Of a DNA stretch of 64,000 nt, positions 24,054 to 37,871 are shown in pieces. This DNA comes from the human T2T-CHM13v2.0 reference genome, Homo sapiens, in assembly GCF_009914755.1 (NCBI RefSeq), contig NC_060945.1; one strand, given 5' to 3'. How positions within the stretch are numbered: position 1 is the first letter of the stretch; every line of letters begins with the position of its first letter. Below the pieces are notes generated by a model. It worked only from the letters and a program-made list of their open reading frames with translations. It was not told where the DNA came from and ran no database searches. The position numbers and the translations under genes were made by a program.

Positions 24054-26173
24054 CACAGGGAAGGCCTGTGACTCCTCGGTTACTGGCCGTGGGTCCAGAC
24101 CTCTGCCAGGGACCATGTTGTGCTCAGTGCTCCTGTTTCTAGCTGCACCATCGGGCTGAGCTCCCACTGTCTGGGGCTGGTCTCGGCTCTGTGTCTGCAG
24201 GATCTAGAAACACCCATGCTGAAGGTGGCACCCAGGGAAGGGGTGGGGGCTGTGCCTGGGGGTCAGACCAGAGAGGGACGCCACCAAGGGGATGGGCGTC
24301 TGCTCTGCTCACTTGAAACACCCATGACACGAACTTCGCCATTGGAACCATTTCAGCTGCACAGTGCAGTGGCCGTAGACACTCACACGGCTGTCCCCCA
24401 TCACCACCGTGCCCCCTGCTCTGCCCACTCCTAGAAGCGCTGCTCCTCCAACCCGGGGCTGCTGCCTACTCCAGCAGTGCCCCCAGGGGGCCCCGTGGCT
24501 GAGCTGTCTGTGGGTGCCTGCTTGGGCCCAGCCACACACCAACAGCGGCTCTGTGGGAGGAAGTTTTGCCTCCTTTTGTAGAGGGACCTGGGGTGCGGAG
24601 AGGGCAGAGGGCTTGCTCAGTCCTCTCAGCAGCTGCTGGCAAAGCCAGGCCTGGACCCAGCTCTCCTCGGCTGTGCCGTGCAGCAGCCACAGAGGTCAGC
24701 GGCTCTTCGAACCAAATGGGAAACCAGGACATGCCTGGTGGACCACGGACTTTTTGCGAGTCAGGCATGAGGCCTTCTGATCATTCACTCATCCCTTCCT
24801 ACCTGGTTGCTGAGCCTGTCTGTGCCCTGGGGATGGGGATTTGAGGGGTGCAGTGATGAATAAAACCCATCCCTGCCCGAGGGCCTCACAATCCTGGATG
24901 AAGTCCACTCAGGACCGCAGGAGCCGGACCGGGTCGGAGGCCGGGGAAGAGCAGGCATTCCAGCGGAGGAGTCAGCTGGCTTCTCCAGTGAGGCGGCTGA
25001 GAGTGAAGACTCCAAGGGCAGAACAAACAGCAAATGGGAGACAGGCAGGGGCACGTTCCACAGCACAGACGTGGGCCAGCCCGCTGGGGGCAGTGTGGAG
25101 CAGGCAGTGCCCTCATCCAGGACCTCAGCATTGAAGGAAGCGAGGGTTCTGTGAACCGTGGTCTCTTAGAGGTCACTGCCCTCTGAGGGAAGAGCTCACA
25201 GTGAGCAAGATCTGGGTGGGGGCTGGCGGGAGGGTGAGCGGAAGCTGGCTGAATGCAGACACGATGGCCAGAGCTCCAGCAGCCTTCTGGGGCCATGAGG
25301 ATGAGGCACCCGCCGGGTGTGGTGGAGTGGGAGGTGACAGGCTCTTTAGGGCCCCGCCCTCCAGAGTCCTTTCTTATGTGAGAAGGGAATACTGTGTGTT
25401 AAAGCCACTGTTATTTTGGGTGCCAACCAATTTTAACCTAAAATTGGTTAAATATGCAGCCAACCAATTTTCATGGAATCACTAGACAACCCAGAACCAT
25501 CAAATGTTTGAGGAAAACCAATCACTACCAAAAAGGGGCCCCCAAAGTCAGCAGGTATCAAGGAAGCAGAGCAAACAACACCCTCGAGAAAAGGGCAGTA
25601 CGTCTTCACAGGTTTATTTATCCATAGAGAAGATACAGCCTTAAAAACGGAACTGAAAATATAAATATGAAAAATGTGACATCCAAAAAAAATTAAAAAG
25701 TGATGGGGTGAATAACAGGAAGAAAAGGCTGAAGAACGAACTTGTGCCTGGAACACACAGTCAAGGAATTCTCCACTTTGTGATGTCAGCTTTCCTCAAA
25801 TATCTGGGGATGCTTTATTGCTTCCTTTGCTTTGTACTTGAAAATGCCCAAGTTTTTTTGTACACAGCAGAGCGAGATAGAGGGAAAGTATGAAAAAAAA
25901 AAAAAAGGAAATGGAGGACGAAGCCAGACATTCCAACATCTGCACACTGAGAGTTTCAGAAGAAGAACAGGATTGATGGGAGGGAAATAATGCACACCTG
26001 GGCCCTGTGGGCCCCGCGACGGAAGCTCTGCCTGCTCCTCACGGTTTCTCCCGGCGCCCAGAGCAGCGGCTGTTACAGAATCGGCTCTCCGTGAATGAGA
26101 CACGAGATATGTCTTCATCTTCATAAAATTTTAGAACAATGAGGGCAAAAGGAAAGATTTAAAAACCACTATG

Positions 26174-26745
<572 letters not shown>

Positions 26746-27091
26746 GACAAAATGTGAGGATGCAGAAAATGTCACCCATGCATCCTTCCTGAACGAGTTT
26801 CTCAAAGGTGAATTACAGAAAACAAAACAAAATGAAAGAGAACAAAGCACAGAGCACTGCAGGCTGCCCAGGCTGTTGTAGCAAAATGCCACAGGCCGGC
26901 TGGTCAAAACCTAGAAGCGATTCTTCTCGCTGTTCTGGAGGCTGGAAGTCCACGATCAAGGTGCTGGCAAATTCAGTTTCTGGGGAGCGCTGTCCTAGGT
27001 GGCCATGGTTAACAATGCTGTACTGGATGCTGGACATGGGCTGAGAGGATAGATCTTAAGTGTTCTCAACACACACAAAGAAAATAAAAGA

Positions 27092-27396
27092 AGCTGGTGC
27101 GGTGGCTCATGCCTGTAATCCCAGCACTTTGGGAGGCCGACGGTGGGTGGATCACTTGAGGCCAGGAGTTCAAGACCAGTCTGGGCAACATGGCGAAACC
27201 CCATCTCTACTAAAAATACAAAAAAAAAAAAAAACAAAAAAAACTAGCTGGACATGGTGGCACGTGCCCATAGTCCCAGCTACTGGGGAGGCTGAGGTGG
27301 CAAGATTGATTGAACCTGGGAAGCAGAGGCTGCAGTGAGCCAAGATTTCACCACGGCAGTCCAGGCTGGGCGACAAAAAAAAAAAAAAAAAGAAAA
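27092..27396 (+). mobile_element. AluJ-like
   Basis: Alu consensus with expanded A-rich linker. Confidence 0.88.
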
Positions 27397-27400
27397 TATT

Positions 27401-27466
27401 TTAGGTTGGTGCAAAAATAATTGCTTCTAATTGCAAACACCGCAGTTACTCTTTTCACCAACTTGG
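27401..27466. mobile_element. MADE1 (mariner MITE) remnant
   Basis: ttaggttggtgcaaaa...cttttcaccaactt terminal inverted repeats; centre deleted. Confidence 0.75.
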
Positions 27467-27859
27467 TAGTCACTGTGAGGTGTGAGCATGTGAAATAGCT
27501 TGACTGCAGTGATCATTCACAGCGTGTATCAGAACATCAAGTCATACACCTTAACTATACACAATTCCTATTTGTGAATTATATCTCAGTAAAGTTGAAA
27601 CAATTTTATAGAAATTTAATAATAGCCTAGAATTAAACTTCCAGACGGCCTCAGCGGGGGTGGCAGAGGAGACTTGTGAAGGCAGCTGAAGTGCAGTGGC
27701 TTCCCTGTCTTGCTCTGGAGGAAGAATCAGACGCTGGCCACACATGAGTGCTGGGGAAACGTGGGCTTAAAAATGCAGGAAGTAAACCTCAGGGCATCAC
27801 TAGAAGGATAGAAATAGAGGAATGACTTTAAACCACTGGAGGAATAAAATGAAACAACA

Positions 27860-28400
27860 AAATCAAGGAAAGAAAAAATATCACTAAAGAATGGTTAATA
27901 TGAACCAAAATGGCAGGAAACAGTCAAACCGTAACAGTAATAACCACGCATGTAAGTGGCGAGTCTCATATTGGGATAAAGACATAACACAACTAGTTCC
28001 TGCTATTTTCCATCCACAAAAGACTCACCCGAAACTAGAGGGACGCATAACCGCTGAAAACGGGGACGTCTACACCAGGCAAATGCTCTCAGAAAGCAGG
28101 ACGTGGAAACGGTCATCACAGACCAACAGAACGGAAGGCTAAGTTTGTCCTTTTAAGGAACAAAGAGGAAAGTGTAATTGGATAAAAGTACAAATGCATT
28201 AGGAAGATACTATGATCATGGTCTATTATGTAACATGGATATTATAATATTATAATATATAAGGCAAAAACTATATATAAATATATAAGGCAAAATTCTT
28301 AAATTTATAAGGCAAAATGGAAATTCAAGAAGAAACTGGCAAAGTCACAGCCATTGCTGAAGTCTTTGCAGATTTCTCTCAGAAATTAAAGCAATCAAGA
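27860..28400 (+). mobile_element. Old L1 fragment (ORF2 endonuclease region)
   Basis: A-rich, degenerate L1 ORF2-like sequence. Confidence 0.55.
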
Positions 28401-28410
28401 AGCACAAGGA

Positions 28411-28714
28411 AGCCAGGCGTCATGGCTCACACCTACAATCCCAGCACTTCGGGAGGCTGAGGCCGGTGGCTCACTTGGGGTCAGGAGTTTAAGACCAGCC
28501 TGGCCAACATGGCAAAAGCCCATCTCTACTAAGAACACAAAAATTACCCCTGCATGGTAGTGCGTGTCTGTAATCCCAGCTACTCAGGAGGCTGAGGCAG
28601 GAGAATCACTTGAACCTGGGAGGCGGAGGTTGCAGTGAGCTGAGCTCATGCCACTGCACACTCCAGCCTGGGAAACAGAACGTGACTCTGTCTCAAAAAA
28701 AAAAAAAAAAAAAA
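28411..28714 (+). mobile_element. AluS
   Basis: Alu consensus; TSD AAGCACAAGGA at 28400-28410 and 28715-28725. Confidence 0.92.
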
Positions 28715-31700
28715 AAGCACAAGGAGAAGAGGGCAGAACTGGAATGTAGGCAGTGGAGATTGCGGTTGCCCTGTGGGCATGTGTACATGCGTGTGTATAC
28801 CTACAGATATGGATGTCTGTGTGCCTGTCTGCATTTATATGTACACGTATCTTGATGGATTATGGATTATTACATATTGTGCATATAACTCGTGTAATAT
28901 GCATGAACACACATGAACGATACGTGAGCAAACACTATGGATCCATATAGTGTGTGATTCTGCACCTGCTCTGCTGCAAACAGGTCCTGAGGAGACACTT
29001 CATCTTCAGACACATCTGCATGTGCAGACGGAACATGAACAGTCTCGTAGAGAGGGGGCCCCAGCAAGTTTCCAAAGCACCCCCACCCTGCTGGAAACAC
29101 TCTCCAGCCACAACCTCAGGAGAGTCATGCTAGGACGCGGGGGGCGTGCCGTGAGAGGACAGCAGGCGTGAGTGGATCTCCAGGCACCCTCGGACCCTAA
29201 GCGCCCAGCCCTGGCCAGCTCAGCAATGGCACTGTCGGCCGGCCAGCGGGCCCCACTGGGAATGCAGCCCTCCTTGCCCTTTGCCCTCTGTGAGGGGCTT
29301 CTGTCCTCACCATCAGATTGTGACAGGAGGCCTCACCTCCTTCTGTTTCCCAGGCTGGGTGATCATGGGGAGGGCAGGGCCACTGGGAGAGTGGAGGCTG
29401 TCCTGCGACTCAGCCACAGGGATTTGGGGGAAGGAAGTGAGGACTTTGAGCTGGGCATGCTGTCCTCCCTAACAAAGCAGGGATTCTCTCCGGAGAGCCA
29501 GAGGGGCTAAAGCAGCTTCCCCCAGAACCCCCCTCACATTGCCTCCAGCTGGGACGCCCTGCAGGTCCAGTGGGGGAGAAATGAGACATGAGAGAGAACG
29601 AGAGGGTGTGTGCCACCCAGCAGGCGCGTCTCTCTGAGAGAATGAGAGGGTGCAGGCCACCCAGTGGGTGCCTCTCTCTGGCGTGGCTGGAGGGCTTTCA
29701 AAGGAACATTCATAACCTTAAATGCACTTGTTTGGAAATAAAAAGACTGAAATAGATGGTCTAAGTTTCTGACTCAAGAGGCTAAAAAAATAGCTACAAA
29801 ATAAATCCAGAGGTGAAGATGAAGACAATGTCGGATTTTAATGAAATAGGAAAAAATAAAGAACTGGTGTGATAAATATATTCAAAAACCAGTTCTTGGA
29901 AGATATCAACAAAAACGACAAAGCTTAGACGACTCAGAGCAAGGGAAAGCCAGAGATCGGGGTGGGTGTGGCGTGCAGGAGAGCCCACAACAAGGGGGGG
30001 TTCCAGAATCCAAGGGAGGACCCCGGGAAATGGGACAGGCTGGGAGCCAGGGGCGAGGAGGTGGCTCAGGTGGCTAGGGGGCCTTTGGGGAAGGATGGCC
30101 TGGCTGCACAGACCGTGCTCGCTGGCCCAGGAGGGAACATAACCGGTCCAGATTTTCAAGATTGACAGAGAAATCCAGGAATTCAGGGAGCTTAGGGGAA
30201 GGCTCGGTCTGGCCAAAGCCACTGAGGACCAATTGGCTGAAAGGCAATTCATGAGGGCGGACGCCCTGGAGAGTGTGGCTGCTCCAGCCCAGCCCTCGTG
30301 GACTCCTCTTGGCAGCCCTGGCCCTCACCACGGTGCTGCCCCTGCCCTGCCTGTGAGATGGCCGGGGGCTCTGTCTGAGGGTCCCCACGCTGAGTGAGGG
30401 GCAGGGGCTGGGTCAGGAGGGACGAGTGTGGAGGCAGGGCAGCAGAGGGCCCCGGAGGGCAGCAGGGTGGTCAGCCTGCACCCAGCGGCTGGCCGTGGCA
30501 GTGGGGCAGGGCTCATCCGAGGCCGCTCTGTCTCTCTGAGTGTGGGGTGGGCAACCCCGGCTCCTTCACCCAAGATGTTTTATTCATTTGCCTGATGGCA
30601 TCCCAGCCCCGTGGAGGCTGCAAGTGCAGCTCCTCCACGCCAGTCCCCAGCGAGACGCACTCAGACCTCTCCTGGCCAGATGCCCTCGCGGCTGGGAGAG
30701 TGATTAACCAGCTGGAGCAGCTGCATTTTACCCCCAGACCACAAGGCTGGATCCTGGGCAGATAAGGGAGTGAGATGCTCAGCCCTCAACTCAATCACAG
30801 CCATGAGGGAGGCCACAGCGCTCAGACCAGGGAGGCAGGAGGAGGCTTCTGGTGTTTTTGAGAGCACAGGCTGTGTGCAGGGCCCTTGGAGACGGCTGAC
30901 GTCTTCACCAAATGGGGCAGGCCACACACGCAGAACCCAGGCGACCCAAAGAAGGCACTCACCACGTGGCTTCAGGCAAGTGCCCCTGACTCAACAATCG
31001 GTCAATCAGTGCATACACTGTGAACACCGGGAAGAGTCTGTGACCGGCGAGCACGCCGCACATCTGCCTTGTCTTGACGGTGGCATCACCCACACTTAGT
31101 CATGCACACACCTCTTAGGCGTGAGCAGCTGATGGGTTACTGATGTCAGCAACCAGCACCCAGTCATCTCCAGCCCCCAGAGCCCTGGAGCCCCTGCATT
31201 GTTGTCCCCATGCTTCTGACCTCCTCACCCCCCACGAGTCTCCTCTGCTCTTGAACCTCCCCAGTCGGAACCTGGCCAGGTGTCCTTTGCATGCCTGGCC
31301 TCCTTCACTCTTGGTAACGTCTGCGGATTCATTCCTGTCTACGCTGCAGTGTTCAGTGGCAACTGCATGAATTCACTGAAAATATACTGTAACGTTTGGG
31401 TTTGGCTGTGGCATCTCTTCCACTTTTAACATACCAACTTCACAGCTCACATTATTTTAATCCCTTTAAAAGATAATTGATTTAAAGCAAAAATCATAAC
31501 AATGTGTTGTGGGGTTTATGACACACGAGAAGGTGTGATGGTGATGGTGTAGGGTCCAGGTGAGGGTGGGGGCACCCCGCTGTGGGGATCTTACAGTGTG
31601 CCTGACCGGCTGGCACAGGAGAAGCCGGGACAGGAGAAGCCGGAGGTAGGTCACTCTCCACCCTGGGGCAGCCACTGACAGCAGAGTCGCTGCGGAGGGG

Positions 31701-32569
31701 CCAGGCGGGGAACACACACGGAATCCTAAGGAAAACCTGAGGCTGGAAGAGAGGACAGAGGAACAGGGCTGTGTGGAGCGGCCAGGGAAGAATCAGCACA
31801 CACCGGGCCCGGCCAGAGCGCTCGTCACCTCAAAACAAGGTCATCAAAGCCAGAATCACCCCAGCAAAACAGCGCAAGCTGGACCGCTGCCCTCACTCAG
31901 CTTCTACAGTTTCTCTGCTCGTGTTCTTTGTCCCTTCCAGGATTCCACGCTGCTTTTAGCTGTCACTTCTCCTGTCTTCTGTTGCCTTCCATGAGCTTTT
32001 TGCCTTTGAGTGCACTGACCAGTCACTTTGTATGGTGTCTCTCAGTTTGGGTGTGCCCAGGATGTTCTCACGATCGGAATGCGGAGATGCATTTTTGGCA
32101 GGAATATCGCAGAAGTGACGTCCTTCTCAGGTTGTTGTATCAAAGGTACGTGATGCCAATCTACCTTGCCACTGATGGCCCGAGCTTTGTCACATAGATA
32201 AGGTGGTTTCTGCACTGAAAAGCTGTTATTACTTTTTTAGGTTAATAAATATGTCAAAGCAGATACTTTGATCCTATGGAAATCTCCAATGAAGCTAATT
32301 TAAGTATAAGACACACTAGGTAAAAAGTAACAAGGTAAAAGAAGATATCCCATGCTAAACTAATCAAAGGAAAGCAGGAGTCAATTTCAAGTCAGAGTCT
32401 AGGGATAAAGAGGGTCATTTCATGATGACACAGGGGTCAACCAGTCAGGAGCATGCACGATGTGAGCACAGAGTCTCAAAACACATGAAGCAAAAGCTGA
32501 TAGAGCTGCAAGGAAAAATTACAGACAAATCTGCAATTACAGTCAGAGGTTTCAACACCGCTATCAAGA

Positions 32570-32782
32570 ATTTGTTTGTTTGAGACAGGGTCTTGCTCTG
32601 CCACCCAGGCTCAAATGCAATGGCACAATCACGGCTCACTGCAGCCTTGACTTCCTGGGCTCAAGAAATCCTCCTGCCTCAGCCTCCCAAGTAGCTAGGA
32701 TTGCAGGCATGCGCTGCCATGGATGGGTGAGTTTTTGATTTTTTGTAGAGATGGTGTCTCACTTTGTTGCCCAGGCTGGTCT
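32570..32782 (-). mobile_element. AluJ fragment
   Basis: 5'-truncated reverse Alu inside the L1. Confidence 0.8.
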
Positions 32783-33289
32783 CTCAATAATTAGCAGAGC
32801 AAGTAGACAGAAAGTGGATGATAATATGGGCTACTCAAATAACACAGTCATTGCCGTTTATAGGACACCTCGTGGAGCAACAGTACACAAATTCAAGTGC
32901 GCATGCAACAACCGCCAACCATAATCGGGGCCATGAAAGAGTCTCAATAAATTTAAAAGGATCCGAAACATAGAATATGTCCTCTGACAACAATGGCTTT
33001 AAAGTAATGATCAACAGCAGAAAGAGCTCTGGAAAATGCACAGATATGTGGAAGTGAAATAGCATAGCTCTAAACTCATGGGTCAAAAAGGAAATCAAAG
33101 GGAAAATTATAAATTATTTTCAACTTAATGAAAACAAAAATACAACATATCAAAATTTCTGGGATGCAGTTAAAGGTGGACTTAGAGGGAAATTTATAGT
33201 ACTGAATGCTTGTACAGATCAGTGACCCCAGCTTCCACCTTAAGAGACCTAAAAAAGAAGAGAAAGTCAAACCCAATGTAAGCAAAAGA

Positions 33290-33615
33290 GGCTGGGTGCA
33301 GTGGTTCATGCCTGTAATCCCAGCACTTTGGGAGGCCGAGGTGGGTGGATAACCTGAGGTCAGGAGTTCGAGACAAGCCTGGTCAACATGGTGAAACCCC
33401 ATCTCTACTAAAAATATACAAAAATTAGCTGGGCATGGTGGCACATGCCTGTAATCCCAGCTACTCAGGAGGCTGAGGCAGGAGAATCACTTGAACCCGG
33501 AAGATGGAGTTTGCAGTGAGCCGAGATTGCCCCCACTGAACTCCAGCTTGGGCAACAAGGCAAGACTCTGTCTCAAAAACAAAAACAAAAACAAAAACAA
33601 ACAAACAAAAAAACA
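33290..33615 (+). mobile_element. AluSq/Sp-like
   Basis: Alu consensus, (CAAAAA)n tail, TSD aagcaaaaga. Confidence 0.92.
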
Positions 33616-35569
33616 AGCAAAAGAAAGAATAAAGAGTGGAAGTCAATGAAAAAAAAGTGCATCAACGAAACCAAAAAGCTATTTCTTTGAGAAGATCAAT
33701 ACAATTGATAAACTGCTATCTGATTGTTCAGTTAAAAAAAAAGCCACAATTGCCAGTATCAGAAATGAGAAAGATGACATCACCTCATACTTCACAGATG
33801 TTGAAAGGATAAAGGAATATTATGAACAACTTTATGCTAATAAATTCAACAACTTATATGCGATGGGCAATTTCTTGAGCGATACAAACTACATACATTC
33901 AGTCAAGAATAAAATAAACTCAGCAGTTGTATATCCATTAAATAATTCAACCACATATAAAAATGATAATACATCATGACCACGTGGGCTTTATCCCAAG
34001 AACACAAGATTGATTTAACACTTTAAAATCAATCATTATACTCTATCATATTAATAGATCATCACGCAAAAAGATTCTCAATAGATGCAGAAAAAACAAA
34101 ATCCAACTTTCATTCCTGATTAAAAAGACTCTCAGCAAACAAGAGAAAGGATAGTCTTTTCAACAGTCTGGAAAAAACTGATTATCCACATACACAAAAA
34201 ATAAACATTGAATCATATCTCATACTATAAACCCAAATAAACTTAAAATAGGTAATAGACCCAAATGCAAACCTTTAAAACTCTAAAACCCTTGTGACTT
34301 TGGGTGAGGCAAAGATTTCTTATATATGACACCAAAAGCAGGATCCATAAAAGAAAAACATAAATTGGATTTCCTCAAAATTAAAAAATTCTGCTCTTTG
34401 AAAAACTGTTAAGAGAATGAACACACAATCCAAAGGCTTGGAGAAAGCATTTACAGATCACATATCTGATAAAGGACTTGTATCCAGAATATGCAACAAA
34501 CTCCCAAACTCAATAATAAGAAAATAAACAACCCAATTAAAAGTGAGTAAAAGATTTGAACTCAACGCTTACTACAGGAGATGGAGAATAAACAGATGAA
34601 ATGATGCTCAACATCATTGGCCAACAGGGAAACGCAAATTAAAACCACAGTTCCATCTATCACCACACACCTATTAGAGTATTTGAAATTAAAAAGACAA
34701 ACCATACCAAGTGCTGGGGAGGATGTGGAATGTAAAACCATACAATCGCTTTGGCAGTTTCTTAAAAAGTTTCACATATGGCTACCGTGGCATCCAGCCA
34801 CTCCACTCCTAGACATCTATTCAAGAGAAAGAAAAGCATTCATCCAAAGACTTGTGCACAATGTTCGGATCAGCTTTATCTGTAAGAGCCAACACCAGAA
34901 ACAACCCAAATGCCCACCAGCAGGTGAATGGACACAAACTGTGGTACATTCATACACTGGAGTACCATGCAGCTGTAAAAGAAATACGCATTGACAAACC
35001 AAATGACGCAGGCAAATCTCAAAAATAATTGTGCTGAGTGAAAGAAGCTACACAAAAAGTACATATTATATGATTCCATTTGTGCAAATCATAGGAAATG
35101 CAAAGTAATCAGTAGTGACAGAATGCAGATCAGTGCTTGCCTGGGGATGAGGGAGGGCAGGGAGAGATGACCAAGAGGGAACCCGGGGTGTTCACTATGC
35201 TGATTGTGGTGATGGTTTCACAGGAGTATCCGAGTGTTAAAACGTACCAAATTGAAATATGTGGCTTACCGTCTGTCAATTACACCACAATAAGGCTACT
35301 TTTTGAAAACCATGAGGATGGCTCAGGTCCGGCTCAAATGCCCCCACCCTGCGTTCCTTCCTTGGGATGTCAGACGCTGGAGCTGGAGCAGAAGGGGACC
35401 TAGATGGGCGGAGATCTAGCCCTACTCACCCACTGGCCACGGGGTAGGCGAGGGACGCTCAGCAGGGGCTTCCCGCAGACCCAGGGTCTTCAAGCCCCAG
35501 AAGTCCTGATGCCAGAGGGAAGAGGGGATTTGCCCAGAGTGAGGGGCAGGGGCTGGACCCACAGCCCCT

Positions 35570-36780
35570 CCCGGCGCGCAGACCCCGCCCCCACCCATAA
35601 CCACGCCCTCAGCCCCCACCACCTCGTCCTCAGCCCCACAACCACGCCCCCAGCATGCCACAATTACTCCCACAACCCGCCCACAGCCCCTGCGACCTGG
35701 GTCTTAGTACCAGCTCCATCTAAAGCCGCACCACCGGCCCCTCCCATGCCCCTCCCATGCCCCTCCCCCATCTCTTCCAGGCCCCGCCCTGCCGCAGAAC
35801 CCGCCCTCAAGCCCCGCCCCCGCCTAACCACAAATCCCGTTCCGGTCTCCTTACATGCCCCGCCCCTTCCCCGCCCCCGCGGGGAATCGACACAGCCTGT
35901 CTCCGCCTTTCGCCCCGCCCCCTCCAGGCCCCGCCCCACCCCGCCCCTCGCCCGCGCAGGCCGGAGTCGCGGCCTCCCCAGCTAGTGGTCGCGGGCGCGG
36001 TCGCAGGGGCAGCGGGGTGGCCGCCGCGCCAGGCGTGGAGCTGGGTCTGGCGGGCTCCGAGAGGCCCGGGAGCGGCGCGCAGAGCAGCCTCCGGCCGCCG
36101 CCGCGCAGGTAAAGCCCCCGCCCAGCCCTGGGAGCGTGGATTCCCACCCACCCCATGACCATCCCCCCGCCGCGAGTGCTGGGGTCTCGGGGGTCCCAGG
36201 TTCCGGGGGTCCTAGGGCCGGAGGGTCTAAAGGCTGGAGGTCCTGGGGGTCCGAGCCTCTCCCGGCCGGCTCCGCGCGCGGCCCCGCCGTCCACGCCCAG
36301 CGCGGGCCGCGCGCACAGGGCTTGGCTTCTCTGTTTTCTCGGTTTCCTTCTTCAGGCAGTTGAAAGAAAAGGCGCGGTTCTGTGCCCGGTGCGAGCCGCG
36401 GCTCCTTTAGGGCTGGCAGGGAAGGGCTTGCTGGGTTATGACAGTTTTTAGGGGTTGTCGGAGTCAGCCAGGCGTTGGCTGCTGGAGTAGCCCCTGGCGC
36501 GCGAGCGCCCGCTGGTGCCCGGCCACGTGCCCAGCTTGACCCGCGCTCCAGGTTCGGGAGAAGCTGCAGCCGTCACCGTCCTCCTGGCGTCCACCCTGAG
36601 GAGGGAGGGGCTGGGTGGTCCAAGCCGCCGCCACTCCGCCGCCCGGCCTTTGGTCCCCAGCGGTGCTGTAGGTGGCCAGGGGTGGCCGCAGTGACCACCC
36701 ACTGGGCCATGCGGAGCCCCCTGGCAGTGCCAGCTCCCTGCACTTGTGGGACGCTCCTCCCGGGCGCATTGGGAGTCTCC
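35570..36780. promoter_or_regulatory. LRRC3: CpG island / LRRC3 promoter with clustered GC boxes
   Basis: Very high GC and CpG density; about 10 CCCCGCCC/CCACGCCC Sp1/KLF motifs between 35580 and 35950. Confidence 0.9.
35965..36108 (+). other. LRRC3: LRRC3 non-coding exon 1 (start approximate)
   Basis: Donor CAG|gtaaag at 36108/36109; matching acceptor with long pyrimidine tract tccctttcag| at 36950/36951. Confidence 0.7.
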
Positions 36781-37097
36781 AGAAGTAAGTTACAGGCAGA
36801 GCTGTTTAAGGAGGCGTGCTCCCCACCCCAGACCCTTCAGTGGGCCCTCAACACCCTCCCCACCAGTGGACGCGTTTCCCAGGTGACCGCAGCCGGCAGT
36901 GCTGACCACCCTCCCTCCCTCTCCGCTCCCTCCTGCGTCTTCCCTTTCAGAGCTGCCAGAGTGGACTGCACTGCTTCTCCCAGCGGGGCAGGATGGCGGT
37001 TTCATGTCTGGTTGGATAAGGCCTTGCCTGCGGAAACCAGCTCCATCCCCAGGCCCTAGCAGAGGCTCGCGTGTCCCCGTCCCCAGGTCAGGTCAGG

Positions 37098-37871
37098 ATG
37101 GGCACCGTGCGCCCACCTCGCCCCTCGCTCCTGCTGGTCTCCACCCGGGAGTCTTGTCTCTTCCTCCTCTTCTGCCTGCACCTGGGCGCCGCCTGCCCAC
37201 AGCCCTGCCGGTGCCCTGACCACGCAGGGGCTGTGGCTGTCTTCTGCAGCTTGCGGGGCCTTCAGGAGGTCCCCGAGGACATCCCGGCCAACACCGTGCT
37301 CCTGAAGCTCGATGCCAACAAGATCTCCCACCTCCCGGACGGGGCCTTCCAGCACCTGCACCGGCTCAGGGAGCTGGATCTGTCTCACAACGCCATCGAG
37401 GCCATCGGCTCCGCCACCTTCGCGGGCCTGGCCGGGGGCCTGCGGCTGCTGGACCTGTCTTACAACCGCATCCAGAGGATCCCCAAGGACGCCCTGGGCA
37501 AACTCAGCGCCAAGATACGCCTGTCCCACAACCCCCTGCACTGCGAGTGCGCCCTGCAGGAGGCCCTGTGGGAGCTGAAGCTGGACCCCGACTCTGTGGA
37601 CGAGATCGCCTGCCACACCTCAGTGCAGGAGGAGTTTGTGGGGAAGCCTCTGGTTCAGGCTCTGGATGCGGGTGCCAGCCTCTGCAGCGTCCCCCACAGG
37701 ACCACAGACGTGGCCATGCTGGTCACCATGTTCGGCTGGTTCGCCATGGTGATCGCCTACGTCGTGTACTATGTGCGCCACAACCAGGAGGATGCCCGGA
37801 GGCACCTGGAGTACCTGAAGTCTCTGCCCAGCGCCCCCGCCTCCAAGGACCCCATCGGCCCGGGGCCCTAG
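37098..37871 (+). CDS. LRRC3: Leucine-rich repeat-containing protein 3 (257 aa, single coding exon)
   Basis: ATG in CAGGATGG context; signal peptide, LRRNT (CPQPCRC...VFCSLRGLQEVP), 3 LRRs, LRRCT (NPLHCEC), TM helix (VAMLVTMFGWFAMVIAYVVYYV), conserved tail RHNQEDARRHLEYLKSLPS. Confidence 0.97.
   Translation: MGTVRPPRPSLLLVSTRESCLFLLFCLHLGAACPQPCRCPDHAGAVAVFCSLRGLQEVPEDIPANTVLLKLDANKISHLPDGAFQHLHRLRELDLSHNAIEAIGSATFAGLAGGLRLLDLSYNRIQRIPKDALGKLSAKIRLSHNPLHCECALQEALWELKLDPDSVDEIACHTSVQEEFVGKPLVQALDAGASLCSVPHRTTDVAMLVTMFGWFAMVIAYVVYYVRHNQEDARRHLEYLKSLPSAPASKDPIGPGP

Larger units (their letters stand above)
32270..35310 (+). mobile_element. L1M (ORF2 remnants plus 3'UTR), interrupted by Alus
   Basis: ORF 34617-34994 resembles the L1 ORF2 C-terminus (RETQIKTT, IPSAGEDVE, PATPLLDIYSRE); typical L1M 3' end. 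Confidence 0.85.
31440..35750 (-). ncRNA. LRRC3-DT: Probable divergent lncRNA from the LRRC3 promoter (boundaries approximate)
   Basis: Recalled annotation; sequence support is limited to a consensus minus-strand donor TGG|GTGAGT at 35430/35429 beside the CpG island. Confidence 0.35.

Noticed and set aside
23684-24167. Periodic peptides (MQPPRA, CNAAST, HVEAAL)
   Set aside because: Translations of the 18-bp VNTR
27401-27466. MADE1 as a miR-548 precursor
   Set aside because: Central deletion and mismatches break the long hairpin
37056-37616. 186-aa antisense ORF over LRRC3
   Set aside because: Typical antisense shadow of a GC3-rich CDS
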